The translations under genes were made by a program, and so were the position numbers. DNA of 64,000 nt from Clostridia bacterium (GTDB lineage Bacteria; Bacillota; Clostridia; Christensenellales; UBA1242). Shown here in pieces: positions 12,101-27,100 of this stretch (position 1 is its first letter; every line of letters begins with the position of its first letter). Under the pieces are notes generated by a model. It was not told the origin of the DNA, made no database searches, and was given only the letters and a program-made list of their open reading frames with translations. Where the stretch lies: positions 3,474-67,473 of the forward strand of contig JAZTWI010000015.1 in NCBI GenBank assembly GCA_045635805.1. The letters run 5' to 3'.

Positions 12101-15100
12101 TGTGAGTTCCTTCTACCTTCTCCCAGAATCTTGGAGTTACTGAAGCTACTGTACCGCTATTATTAATAAAGCTATCGTAGTTATTATATACATCAACTTT
12201 AGATAGATTGTATCCATCGTTTGTTACTAAATCTACTACAGGAGTATATGCTGAATTATATACTGTTGTGTATTGAATCTTTGTATAACCATCTTCACCT
12301 GTAGCACTTAGTTTAGTTGCATCATTTAATACAAAGTAATCTTCATTAATATAGCCCAACTCATTGCCTTCTGCATCAACAGTTCTAGCAACGCTTAGGT
12401 GTGCATATTGTGAAGCATTATGAGCTACGGCCAAATCATTTGTATTGTAGATTTTTGCATAAACGGACATTAGGTCGCTCATCTCTACAGTTACAACACT
12501 TCCACTTAGGTAATATAGTAAGATATTAATCTTAGTACCACTTTGTCTAAGCGTTAATCTACTAATCTCGGATAGATTTAAACTATACTCAGAATAAGTG
12601 TCTGTTGCATAGTTACCCATTAAGTATGCAACATCATTAGAATAATAATTCTGAACGTTAGATAGATACCAGTTAGCAAATGTTGCATTGCCATAAGGAG
12701 TCATATCTGGAGTTGTGAATTTATCCTTACCTTCTTCTGGCTCACCGAATAGGTCACTAATATAGTAAACTTCATTTAAGTTAAGAGTTATTGTTTTTAA
12801 CTCTTCTGCAGTAGCTACTTCACCTTCTGTACCATCAGTATAAACAGGTACATATGTAGTCATATCTAGATTAAAGTATATTCTTATATATACTTCTTGG
12901 TTCTCTATATCTAGAGACATATCGAAATCATATGTATCAGGACAAAGTTCATCTTCTGGCATAATCATATGACTTGCAGACACAATGTATTTAATTCTGC
13001 TTAGGTAGTTTGGGTTAACAAGTTTTCCCTTAACATGGAAGCTTTCACCTTCAATTACATACTCTTCTGTCTCAAGTAAGTCTTCATATGATTTACCTAC
13101 TACGAAGTTTATGTGATATGCCTGAATAAATACAGGATATAGTCTTACATTACCAACGATAGACTCTGTATATGTAGAATAACCAAATATAGTGCTATCT
13201 GGATTTGTTGGATTACCATTATAATCTAATGATGAATTGTACAAATGATTATCCATCTCAGACCAATGAGTTAGTCTAAAGTATCTAGAATCACCATATG
13301 GGTTATCGTATTTGTCTACTGTCTTTAAGTCTTCTAATGTACCTAGACCGTCAGTCTCAGAATATAGATATACCCTATTATCTTCAGTAGTCTCTACACT
13401 ACTAATTCTACCACCAAATGGAACATACAATGTATACTCTACGCTCTCATAGATGGTATTGCCATTTTCTTCAGTCTCTCTCTCGAAAGTGTATGCCTTA
13501 AGGTCAGCATCTGTCATACCATCAGTAAGCTTATATTCATAGAATTTAACTTCCATAATTGCTGGAGTCCACTCTAGATATAGAGTTAAGTCTCCATCCC
13601 GAATCATATCTCCAGTTACTTCTAAAGCATTACTTAGAGCCTGACCATATTTCATAACATATACTTTGTTTGTTCCGTTCATATAATAAATGCCGGATAA
13701 ATCAAAGTAGTTTTTATCATAAGACCATGTAGTACCATTGGTATAGTAACTATGCTCAAATACTGAAATCCAACCAGACACGTCTGTGAAGTAACCTGCA
13801 ATCCACTCATCAAATGAAACAATATTGCCCATTGAGAAGTAATAATTACCATCAAGTGCGCCTAGTCTATAAACATTAGTATATGCCTTACTATTAATAG
13901 TTTCTGTAGAAAAATCTTCAAATATGTAGCTATACTCACCATCAACTAATTGTGGAATACCTGTTGCATCCAAGATTCCTTTTTCACCTATGCTAATATA
14001 AGACTGCATAGCCTTTGCATATAGTTCTCTCATTGCACCAAAGTTTACGTCTAGATAAACCATAATTCCCCTTGACCAAAGTGGAATCATATAAACATTG
14101 TCTTTACCCATTGTAAACTCTGTTACATTATTAATAACATTCGCTGGTGAAATACCTAAGTCATTTGGACAAGCAGCAGAATCAAAGATATATGCATATT
14201 TTGTTCCACCTACAGCCTGACCATCAGCACCGATTGAAGTATAACCAACCACAACCTGCCAGCCTATCCATTTCTTATCGCTTAGTTCAAATGTTTCTTG
14301 CTTTAAGTTAATTAATTGACCAGCAGCGTATTTATTTGTGTTGTTGTAATCTTTACCGTCTTCACCTGCTGTTGCAACAAGAGTTACGGTGTGCTTAGTC
14401 TCCCAAATTGTATAGAAAGATGTCTTCTCTTCTTTAATAAGGGCGTTCATATTATTTACACCATCATATGTGTTAACTCTTACACCCCTCTCAAATTCAT
14501 AATATAGAGCAGAAGAACTAATTAATGCTGAATATTGGGACTGAATATCTTCGTAAGCTTTTGCGTTTTCTAGATTAATAGTCCAACCATGGAACTCATA
14601 ATCTTTCAACATATTACCAGCAGTAAAGAACTGGTACATAGGATTTACTTCATCGAAGATACTATATACAGACCACTTAGTAACTTCTACTGTTGTACCT
14701 TCTTTTTCAAATGAATAAGAAGTTGGAATAACAGTCATATTTAGGTCTGCACCTGTAATTACAGATAAAGTAAAGTAGTCTTTATTATAATTTTCTGTTG
14801 TACCGATACCGGTATTAACTTTTACTTTATTACCATTAGCATCAGTAATATATAGTTTAACTTGTGTCTCATAAGACTCAATAGCATATAACTTAATCTC
14901 ATGAGTAATACCATCAACGTCTCCATTGTCAAAGTAGTAGATATTATCTATGACATTTCCACTTGTTCTACCTGACCAGCCATCAAAGTTAGCTTTGCCT
15001 GTAGCAGTCTCTAGAATTGTATCTGGAATAGTTAAGCTTCTTGTTACAGTATAAGATTCTTCACTGCCCAAATCAATTACACCTGACTCTACGATTTCTC

Positions 15101-18100
15101 CTTCAGCAAACATAAAGAATTGTTTACCATTTAGTAATACCAAGTCTTCACTATAACCACTTTGAATGATTGAATAAACAGATGGTGTTTGTGTAAATTC
15201 GCTAGTAATTGTAAATGTTGAAGCCGCCCCTTCTGCATTATGGAAGGTTACATAGTATATATCATATGATATAGCAGCAATAACATATTCGTCTGCATTT
15301 ATATATAATGCACGTTCAATTTTGTATGTTGCACCAAACTCACCAACTTCCCAAGCATAAGACATTGTCGTTTCGTCTGCAATGTATGCATATGGAAGAG
15401 TGATTTCATCACCAATACTAATATATCCATTATTATCGTTGTCTATAAATCCATTATTAGACTTATTGTCTTCATTAATAGTAAGAGCATCAATAACTGT
15501 ACCATTTGTATTTGTAAACTTAACAGTTAATCTAGAAGGAGTAAAGTTGGCAACAAAGAATAGTTCTCCTTCGACAATTATTTGTACGTCGCCAAATTCT
15601 TCTTCTGTTGATGTTGTTTGACCATCTTCACCATAAGAATAGATTTTTTGAGTCCAACCTACAAAATCATAACCTGTAATGCTTGGAATTGCAAAATCGT
15701 TAGTAATTATAGCACCGTAAGGTATTTCTGCTTTATAAATATAGTTTGTATTTCCTGCAGAATACAATCCATAAGAGATTTCTGCTGTCTGAGCATTCCC
15801 TTTTAATGTGTAATTTACCCCACCAGAAATCGATGCATAGCTATCTGAACTTGGAGCATATGTAGATAGATATACAGCTTGATTATTTAGACCATAATCG
15901 ATAGCAATTGTAATTGTGAACTTGTCATCATGTTCAACCATACCTGCAGATAAACTATCAAATCCATACGGAGCATCTTTACTAAGTTCTTTATCAAGAG
16001 CACCAATAACTTCATTGTTTGTTGCAATCGAATTAATTAAATAAGGAGATGGATACTGAGGGTCATCAATTGTGATATTAGAACCATATGGAGAATAGAA
16101 CATCCATACTTTTTCAGGTTTTCCACTTACCTCATTTGTTCTAGTTGCCGTTTGTAGATTCTTGGCGATTATATTTGTTTGTTCTCCAAATTGTACAGCC
16201 GTAGAAGACTCTCCCAATAAACTCCAATCTAGAGCTATATGGTCAATTCTAATATTTGGGTCGATAGTATCTACTAAATTATTATCTGATGTAACTAAAA
16301 TAGATACTTCTACGTATTTAATTGCATATACTGCGATAAGCTTGTATTTCTCTGTATCCTCATAAATATCAGAACGTAAATGAGTGATTGTAACATGTCC
16401 GTCAGCATCAAAAGCTAAATCAACATAATCTTTTACTGCATTTACGGCTTCTTGACCATACAAGATTGTATCATTTTCAACATCATAAATAGCGTATGAA
16501 GTTAGAATATATCCTGTATTGTTCTGCTCACCTAGAGTAAGCTCATCAGCATATGACATCTCAATATATGCAACGCCTTCATATGTCTCATCATGTAGAG
16601 TATAATTAAATGGCAAGTATGCCTTCCAAGCATTGTCTCCATCTACAATATATGAATCAACATTGATATCAAATAGAGCATGTTCATAAATTAAGTATAA
16701 GTCTAATGTGTATGGGTCAACTGTTGGGTTTGTAGCCCATTGTGGACCAACAACAAAATCTGCCAGGTCGCTTACAGTCTCACCATCTGTTGCAGAACGC
16801 ACCAATGCAGCCCTAGCCCACACACTATATTCTCCACTTTCATTGTAGAAGATTTCAACTAAATCATTTATGTCGAGTTCTTCGCCATTAACACGAATAT
16901 CGCCATCATATTTTGATGAAAGAATATGTGTGCTATGGTCTAAATTAACAACAAAATCTCCTACTAGGAAGGTGTCTACTGATGCTACTGCATCGTAGTT
17001 GCCTTGTAACATATTAGAAGATGATGAGAAGTAGTGTAAGTTAACTGTGTATGTTCTTACTGTCCACTCTAGTACAATGTATAGATTGTAGTTCTCATCT
17101 GCAGCATTTAGGTCTGCCATAGAAAGGGTATGGTCACCAGCAGAGAAGAAATCTCTCTTAATTACAGTTTCGCCTTCTCTGTAGTTCTCTAGGTACCACA
17201 TCTCAGCCATTTGTGAACCCATGTCAGCAGGAAGCGCATGGTCGGCTTTAGCGATAGTTTTACCGATTAATTCATCGTATGTATTGTTACAATCTTCGAA
17301 TGTAACAGTTGTTCTGATACCAGAACTACCATATTTATCCACAAAGTGAATAGTGTATACACCTTCAAAGTTGATATATATAGTTGCACCAGATAGAACT
17401 TCGTATTCATTTACTACAGGAGTATTGCCATTAGCATCTAGTGAGAAGCCTGTGAATCTATAGCCTTCTACATTTGCAACTAGAGCCTCAATCTCGTCTG
17501 TTGCAAACTCGAAGCCTTCTTCGGTCTCTTCGTATGCTAGGTCTACTTTCTCTTTGTAGTAATATTGTTTAGTGTCGCTGCCTGTAGTAACAGTTACACC
17601 ATTTTTATTTTTAGCATTTAATTGGAATGAAACAGTATATGTCTGTCTATCCCAGATAGCGTAGATAGTGATAACATAATCGCCATCTATATCATCATCT
17701 TCATCTAATTCATAGTCTCTAATTACATTTTCACCTAGGTCATAGCCCATCTTACCAGAGATTAAGCTAAATCCAACAAATGAGTATGTACCTGTACTAT
17801 TTGTGTACATAGGAGCAAAGTAATTAGTGAAGATGTCTCTAATATAGTATGTGTCTCTGTTGTTACTGTAGTATACAGTTGTACTTACAGTATCTACAAA
17901 GCCTTCTGAGCCATAACTCTTACCATTAACCACTACGTTGTCTAGGTCTCCACCCCTATCTGCAAGAACATCTAGAGATGCTTTAAACTCAATTGTGTAA
18001 ATTCTAGTAAGAGCTGGGTATAAATAAGTTTCACCCTCAACAGCTAGATTGCTACCAAATGGCATATATGTGCCATTGTCTGACATAAGTGCAATGATAG

Positions 18101-21100
18101 CGTCAATAGCATCTTCGCCCTCAGGAATTAATGTATTACTCTGAACAATACCTACTAGCTCATAACCTTCGTATGAGATATCGTAGCTCGCGTCGTTAGC
18201 AACAACAACGTGTGTATCGCCTGGTAGATAGAATCCACCTAAGCCTTCCATTACATTACCATTTGAATCAAAGTATGTGACTGCTACTTTCTCTGCCCAT
18301 ACTGCAATTAATTGATACTCAAAGTATCCATTACCAACTTCTGCATAGCCATTTTCTAATCCAAGTTTTCCGTACCTTTGAAGAGTTGAACCTTCAGTTT
18401 CTCTGAACCAAATCTCATAACCATCTAGCTTATACTCATTGTATGCAATAGTATCTGTTGTGGTAAATAGAACTGAACCATCTGCTAATTTCCATACATT
18501 ACCATCATTTGCAGGAACTAAATCACTAGTAAATGGTAAGTTTGTTCCAATAGAAGATAATTCAAATGTATACTCATCATAAGAGCCATTTGTATCTGTC
18601 ATTGTTAAGTATCCCTCGCCTGTTGGGTTAGAAATCTTAACAGTAACGTCTTTAGTTGTTTTATTTGTTGTCCATTGTGCTTTGATTGTGTATGTTGCAG
18701 CAAATTCACCATCGGCTGGTTTGCTTAGAGTAAATGGTCTACCAACTGAGAAGATTTTATCTTTCTCAATACCTGTAGCGCTGTCATTAAAGTAAACCTT
18801 GTAACCATCAAATACATGGCTAACGTGTGTTACTTCTAGTCTTGCACTAGAAATAGTAAATGTAGCACCATTTGTGTCTCCATTTTTATCTGCGTAAACT
18901 GTAAGTGTTTCGTTAGCAATCTCAGTTGATGTGAATATTTCACCACTATGATTTAATTCATATACAAACGTATAAGTATATACTTTATAATATACGGCAT
19001 TAATATATACATTCTCTGTATAAGTAGTTGTAACATTATTAAATGATTGTGCTGTACCTGCAGTAATTACATTGCCATTGATACTCCAACCATATAGATA
19101 ATATCCTGTTGGAACAGTCCAAGTAACATTTAAAGATTCGATATCATTAGTAGCGTCTGTATCTGTATCACTATATACAAGTGGAGTAAACTCTGCACCG
19201 AATTCTACTGTAGTCTCAATTCTCTCAGTAGTGCTCTCAGTCCATGTAGTACCATCTAGATATGTATTTACATAGTAAAGTTTTACAGGAGCACCTGTAA
19301 ACTGAGCAGTTAGAGTATAGTTGCTCTTAGCAAGAGTTTTTAATTCTCCTGTTTGAAGAGTTGAACCTACTAAGTCTCTATCTCCAGAAGTAACTAACCA
19401 ACCTGTAAATGTTTTACCAGAAATAGTTGTATTAATTGCTGTATCGCCATTGTAACCGATTTTCACTTCAGTTCCACCAGCGAAGTCTACATCTGTACCT
19501 GCGCCATCAACATTGTATGTGATAGTGTATGAGTTTTGCTCAAATAATGCAGTTAGGATATATGCAGAACTTGTAGCAATTTCAAATTCTTCCCCAGCTT
19601 CCATTACTGCACCAAGGTAATTCCAACCCATAAATGCGTTTTTCTCTTTAATTGCAGCTGGAAGCTCTACTTTAGAGCCTATATTTACTTGTATAGCGTT
19701 ATTGCTTACTTCAACTGTTTCTTCTTCTGTTACTACAAACATTGTATTACTAGATACTGTCACAGTCTCAGGAATTTCGCCACCACTTACATCGAACTTA
19801 ACAGTTCCTGTAACAGGAGCAAGTACTAAGTGAAGTGCAGCTGTCTTAGTAGCAACATCATAATCTAAGTCTGTTACCTTGATTGTATTACCACTAATAT
19901 TAATTGTTTTAGTTCCACTAGTAATAGATTTTACTTGGTAGTAACTACTTAAATTAAAGTTTGTAAGGATATTAGCTGTTGCATCTACTTCTACATCTTT
20001 AACAGTTTTATTTCCTGCATTTAGAATAGCAGAGTTAAATGCAAGAGTAGAATCGTCTGTTCCAAGGGCTGCCACTAATTCATACTCATATTCGTAAGAA
20101 ATTGTGATTTTTAGTCTTAGACTAGCAAAGTTAACAGCTACTTCGTTTGTTGTGCTAGTTGCATCAAAGTCTGTAAGACCCAATGTAACAGTCTCTGCAG
20201 TGTAAGTTTTCTCTGCATTTTTATTAACTCTCATATTAGTAAATGTATAGTTAGTTGCTCCTTCACCTGCAGTAATAACAACATCGTGTGTAAATGCGAT
20301 GGTTGCTATTTTTGCTTCAGTTGTAGAGCTTTGAGTTTTACTTAAGCCATCGTAAACGAAACCTGTTAAATTATCGTTTCCAACTACTGCAAAACTTACA
20401 GAACCATTATAAGGTGTGATTGTAACATCTAAAGTATTATATAGTCCGTATACAGGATAAAGTGTAACGATACCATCTTTAGCATTTGCTAACATATCGT
20501 TATTAACCTGGTAGTAACTAATATCTTCAGCAGCACCACTAACTATTGTCATTTCATAGAAGTTTTGTGGAATTAATCCTAATTTATATGGGGTTGTTGA
20601 CCAACCAAGGAACATATAATTTGGACTATCTAAATTGATAGCTTCAAATACGATTTGAGAACCATATCTTACCATTACAGATGTTTCCGTACCTGCAATT
20701 TGAGATAAAGTAGTACCATCGTAAGTATATACTGTTGTATAAGCATTAGCCCAATTAGAGTCAATAGCAAAGTCTGAGCCATCTGCTTTCTTAGAAGCAT
20801 AGAATTCGTATGGGTCTATAGCATCTTCACCATCTGTAACGTATGCTAGATATAGACCATAGCTCTTACCTTCCCAATTAAGTGTAATTGAAATAGTATT
20901 CTTACTAGCAGCATCAAGCATAGTTTCTAATTGATATCTAGTAAATGTCATTGATGTAGCTGTAGTCCAAACAAGTGTTGTGTCCGGACCTACCCATCTC
21001 CAGCCTGTCATCTCGTTATTTGGGTATGACTCAATTTCGTCAACAGGAAGAGCAGGAAGTTCCATCTTTGCATCTAGTCCTGATGGAACAATCTTTGCAA

Positions 21101-24100
21101 AGCCTGTGCTTGTACCACTCTCTACAAAGTACTCTAGGTACTCGTATTCAATTGTTTCTTGTCCTGCCATTGTACCAGCAGTATAAGAAACTGTATAAAC
21201 TGTTGTTAATTCTAGTGTAATATCTACATTTGCTGTAAATGTAAGTGCTGATAGTTCCGCAAGTGTGTAAATAGCAGCACCATATCTATAGCCTTGTAGA
21301 TAATAGTTAGTTCCAGCAAAAGTAAATGACATAGCATTGCCATTTAAATTAGCAGGAGCAAGGCCGTTATTTGTTGTAGATAAAGTATCTAAGATTTCAT
21401 CTGCAGACAATTGACCTTTGTTATCATACTTTAATGTAAAGATTAATCTATCATTAAATCTAAATGTTGCTTGTAAATCACAAGTCCAGATAGCGTATAC
21501 CATTGTATTAGCAGTAACGCCTGTTAGGCTATTTACTGTCTCGCCGTCTGCAGACCTACTCCAACCTTGGAAGGTATAGTTGTCTCTAGCAACTTTGATA
21601 GTACTCAAATCAATAGGTGTTTCTGTTGATAATGCTGTACTTGTGTATGTAGTTAATCTGTCATAAACTTCTACGTTCGCAGAAGCATTTTTATTAAATT
21701 CTACTTTGAACATTTGCTCAAAGATAGGAGTAGCAATCATATCTTTGTTAGTTGCAGTAAACGAACCATCAAATTCTACTTCGCTAACATATGTGTCAGC
21801 ACCCGTAGTAATCTTAAAGCCTTTTACTCTATAGTACTCTGTTGTTGTACCATTTGTAACAATATAAGCACCATTTTCAAAGTAAATAGTAGTCTTACCC
21901 TTGAAGTAAATACTCTTAACCACTTGTGGGTCAAATGTAACATCGTCGCCACTGAAGAAGTAAGATACTGCAGGAGTGTTTGTATATTGATAATCTGTAG
22001 CATCACTAGCACCAGCATAAGTGAAGCTGTATTTAATATCCCATACAGCGTATAGTACTAGGTCGCTAGTAACTTCTGCAAGTACTTGAGCGTCAGCAAG
22101 GATGCCATTGTGACCAACGGTTGACCAGCCCTTGATAGACATATTTGTTAGTTCATGGTCTGAACCACAAGTATGCTCAGCCACATCTAAGATATATTTG
22201 GTTGTTAATTCTTGACCGTACTCTACACTGAATGTAAATGTACATACTTCACTTGGAGAAGTAGAACCATCTTTTGAAATATTCACAGTAATCATAAATG
22301 ATTGAGCGTCCCAAGCAGCAAGAACTGTATACTCAAATACATTTCTTACAGGAACTACTGTATATTTTGCAGAATCTTCTCTAGGCATCATAGCATATGT
22401 ATCGCCAAATACTAGAGAGTCTTTCTCGTTTAGGATAATTTCTTCACCACTAGGATTTGTAAGTGGAGTAAATGTCCTTCTATTTAGGTTATCCACAGTA
22501 TAGTAACCTAGTCTCCAATGCTTAAATACTGTAGCAGTAGTAGAATTTAGGCTAGGAGTCTTATCAGCATCTAAGTCAAGCACCTTACCTGCTGTCAATT
22601 TAACATCAGCAATAGTCTTATCTACATCGCTATAAGCCATATCAAATTTAACTGTATACTCAGCTTCCCAAATAGCTACAAATCTAAATACTTGACCTTC
22701 TTCTACGATTGTTGGAATGTCAAAGTAGTTAGTTGCTGCATCACTTAGGATATATTCATCACCATTATGAGTCCAGCCCTTAATAGTGTAATTTTGTCTA
22801 TTGAAGCTAGGTAATTCTGCACTACCTAGTAACTGATATTTTTGACCATTTTTTGCTTGAGCAGTTGCAGTAATTTCTACTTCACCATTATTTAATTGCT
22901 CAGCTGTTTTTTCTTCGTAAACATATACGATACTAACGTTTATAGAGTTAGGATTTGGCTCACCAAATCTAGCAACTAAAGTAGTATCTTCGGTAAAGTC
23001 TACGATTTCTTCAAATTGGTATAGAGTGTCATCGCCATCAATAGCCCAACCTAAGAAGTCACAAGCAGCCTTAGTAGCAACTGCAGTAATCTTCATAGGA
23101 GTTAAAGACTCACCACTAGCGATTACGATAAATGTCTCACTAACTGCACCACTAGCAATACCAGAGATTGCTTCGCCTTGAGTAGTGTCTACAGTGTATG
23201 TGATAGTAACATCATAAGCACCAACAACTCTTAATTCGTGAGTATTACCTGTGTAATCAAGTCTAAGACCTGTAACTGACCAGCTACCATCTTGGCCTAA
23301 AGTTGCTTCATAACTATCTTCTCCGTAGATTACGAATAGTCTAGTATATCCAGCACCTAGTGTCATAGCAGGAAGTCTAGTAATTGTGATTGACTGAATA
23401 TAACCACCATCAAAGCAGTTATATTTAGACTCAAACATATTGCCACCACCTGCAAATGTAACACCTTCACTTGTATATCTAACAATAAATGACATATCAG
23501 CATAGAAAGATATTGCATATGAAGGATATGCGTCTGGGTCTAATTCAAAGTTCTCGCCTGGAGAATATAGTCTACCAGTATTAGAGTTTAATCTCCAACC
23601 ATTGAATACTAATTCAGAAGAACCAACTACTGTACTCTTATCAAGTAGAGTAACATATGGACTAGCTGCCATATATTCTACTTGGATAGGAGTTCCAACT
23701 AGTTCTGCTTCTGTTCCATTGAACTTATAGAAAGATAATGTAAAGATTTGTGTTGTTTTAGCAACGATTTTAACTGTTCCTACATAAACGTCACCATAGA
23801 TAGTGTCGTCACTTGAAGCATCTGCATCTACTTCCCAAGTCATAAATTGAGATAGTCCAGCCACGCTACTGAATCTAGCGCCTTGTGCAACTAGACCTAC
23901 AAGTTTTACACCTGTTGCTAGAGTAAGAGCAGTCTCTCCACTACCGATTTTCCATTGTCTAATTCTTAGACCACTAGTTAGAGTAAATCCAGCAGTTACT
24001 GCCTGTTCGTGTGTAAGAAGGATTAATTCCTTAGTATCGTTAAACTTATAGTTAGCGTGTTTACCTGTAATAGTCTGTAATCCATCATCAGTCTCATACA

Positions 24101-27100
24101 CGAATTCTACACGGTTAGCAGCCCAAGAGCTTCTAAATCTTATGTTATTACCTGTTTGAGAAACATCTTTAAATGTACTTTCGTTCCAAGTAATTGCCTC
24201 ACTAAATGTTACTGTTTCGTTTTCGTATGAATAAGTTACGCCCCTTAGAGTGTATGCTTTCATCTCAGATGTAGTATCTAGAGCAGTTGATAAGATATCT
24301 CTAATAGCAGCAACAACTTCTGCATAGATAAGCGCAGATGAGTCACCCTTGTTAACTACCTTTTGAACAGAACCAAGAGTTGTTCCTGATAAAGGTGAAA
24401 TAATATCGAAGTTTACCACATAGGTTTGAATAATGAAGTCAGCCCAAATAGTAAGCACACCATTATCGTGATGAATGATTGGGTCACCGTTGTTTAGGGC
24501 AACCTTCTCATTATTCTGTAGATAGTACCATCCATTGAAGATATATGCAGAATTACCATAGTCTGCGTATGTTGGTTCTGGTCTAGGAACATAGAAAGAC
24601 TCACCAAATTTTACAGTACCATGAGTTCCGCCACCAGCAGACATCTCGTATAGAGAAGCAACACTACCATCATATCTAGTTAGTTTATAATCAATTCTAA
24701 TGATAGTTTCTTCATAAATAGCATAGAAAACAAATGCTTTGTTTGGCTCAATTAAGTTAGCAGGAATGATAGCTCCATCACCATCTGCATCATATAATTT
24801 AGCACCAGATTTATTTCCCCAACCTGTTAGTTGGAGTCCTAAGTCAATTTTATTGAATAATGGATTTGAGTTGTATGGACTTAAGTCAAAGTCTTCACCG
24901 AAGTTAGCAGAAACAACTAAAGAGTTATTTGTTTGCTTGTCTACAAGTGTAATAGGGATTTGCATTGGGCTCCATACAGCATATAGAGTTACAACATTTC
25001 TAACACCACCATCTTCTGAAGCTGTTAGGTAGAAGTCTTTTTTCTCTGTTTTACCATATAGGTTATATTTACCTGTCTCGGTTTCTTTAGCTGTAGTAAA
25101 GTCAAATTCGATTGTTGTTCCTGTCTCATAGATGCCTTCTCCGGTTTCTAAATCGTAAACCAAAGTACCATTAGCATCAGCAAATGCCCAACCTAGTAGG
25201 TTATAGCCATTCTTTTTAAGGTTAGCACCTGTTAGAGTAACAGACATTTTTAAGTTAGAACTTGATGGGTTTGTACTATATTTTACTGTAGCAGGAACTG
25301 TACCTGTACCTGAGTTTTTATCAAATGTTACAATGTAGTCTGTTGTCCATACTGCATAGTAAGAAGCATCGCCTACAACAGATACAGATGTAAACTTAGA
25401 ACCTGCAGCATTTTTGTAGATAGTCTCTGCCGCTTGAATCTCGCTAAGCTTAGTATCTACAGGGTATTGTGTTCTAGTCCAACCTTCGAAAATATATCCT
25501 GGTCTATTAGGAGCAGAAGGAACTACAACGTTTGCTCCACCTGCAACAGAATAAGAGTTTTTATTCTCAGTTCCGTCATTATGGAAGAAATCAACAGTAT
25601 ATGTATCTTTTTTCCAATTAACATATAGAGATAATGCTCTATCTGCCATCTCGTATTCGTAGCCTGCAGCATATGTTTTAGCTGAAGCATAGTTTGGTCT
25701 AGTTGTCCAACCATCAAATGAGTTGTATTGTTTAGACCAGCCTAGTGTATTTAATACAACATCGGCTTCTGGAAGCGCTAGTTTTTCACCAGCAATAGCT
25801 TCGATTTTTACCTTTCTAACACTATTTAATGCGTCAAGTAATGTTAAGTATGTTAATTGTGACCATTGTGCATATAATGTTACGTCACCACTAACTGTGT
25901 GTACATATGTAGTATCAACAAATCTATATGTACCCTTACCTGCCCACTCGTTGTTATTTACTTTGGTTAGATTGATACTATAGTTGCTAGCATCTTGTGC
26001 CCAAGCATTATACCAAACATTGCCTTCTTCTTCGTCAGCATTAGGTGCTGTTGTCCAGCCTGTGAATCTAAAGTTTTTAAGACTAGCCTTGAAGTCTTCT
26101 GTTGTGATATATGGGTTAGATAAATCTAAAGTATTGTAGTAATTTCCATTTTTTCTACTATCTGCATCAAATACAGATGTTGTGTAATATTTGCCATAAG
26201 TGTCATCAAATTTGTAAACAGGGATACTAGGAATATATCCACTAGAACCATTCATTCTCTTATTGAAATGAAGTTTATAAGAATTTCTCTCCCACTTAGA
26301 GTAAAGACGGAATTTGTAAACACCATCTTCTGGGTCTTGGTAAGAAGGAATTGGGTCACCAACTTCTTGACCAGAAGAGTCTTTCATAACTAAGTATGGG
26401 ACATCATTGTTGTCTACAGCAACAGTCATATCGTAGTCTGCTACTGATTTAGTTAAATCATAGTCTAGATACCAGCCCTTAAATGAATATTCACTGTAGC
26501 TGCCATCTGCATCATTAAATGTATCTGCTGCTTCTAGGGTTGGAGTAATGCCTTCGATAGCAGTAGAAATTTTATTTGTATATCTAACAAGTGAAGTATT
26601 GCCTGAAAGTCTATTATTTCTAATAATAAACTCACCATTTGCGTTTTTTGCAGGTGTAATAGAAGTATCAGTCACAGGGTCAAGTACGGTACTATCTGCC
26701 ATACTATTATACTGACTGAAGTATTCAATACCTGAGTATAGTTGTACAGAGTATTTATTAGCCTGGAAGTAAGCATAAACGTCTAGGTTACCAGCAGTAC
26801 TGAGTCTTTGCTCACTGCCTGGTAGCCATACTACTGCTGTTGATTCGTTGGCATCTGTAATATTCTCTGTAGACCAACCCTTGAAGGTATGTCCTTTTAC
26901 TGCTGTAAACTCTGGTAATAATTCACCATTAGCACCCCTACCTGTAGGAAGTCTAAATAGGCTATTAAAGTCTACCTGTTTAGGCTCACAACCTAGTACA
27001 GAATCACTAGGACTCCATAGTCCTGTAACAGGGTCCTGTACCATAACGTGGAATGTAACGGTATATGTATTAACGGTATACTGAGCGTATAGGTCAAGTT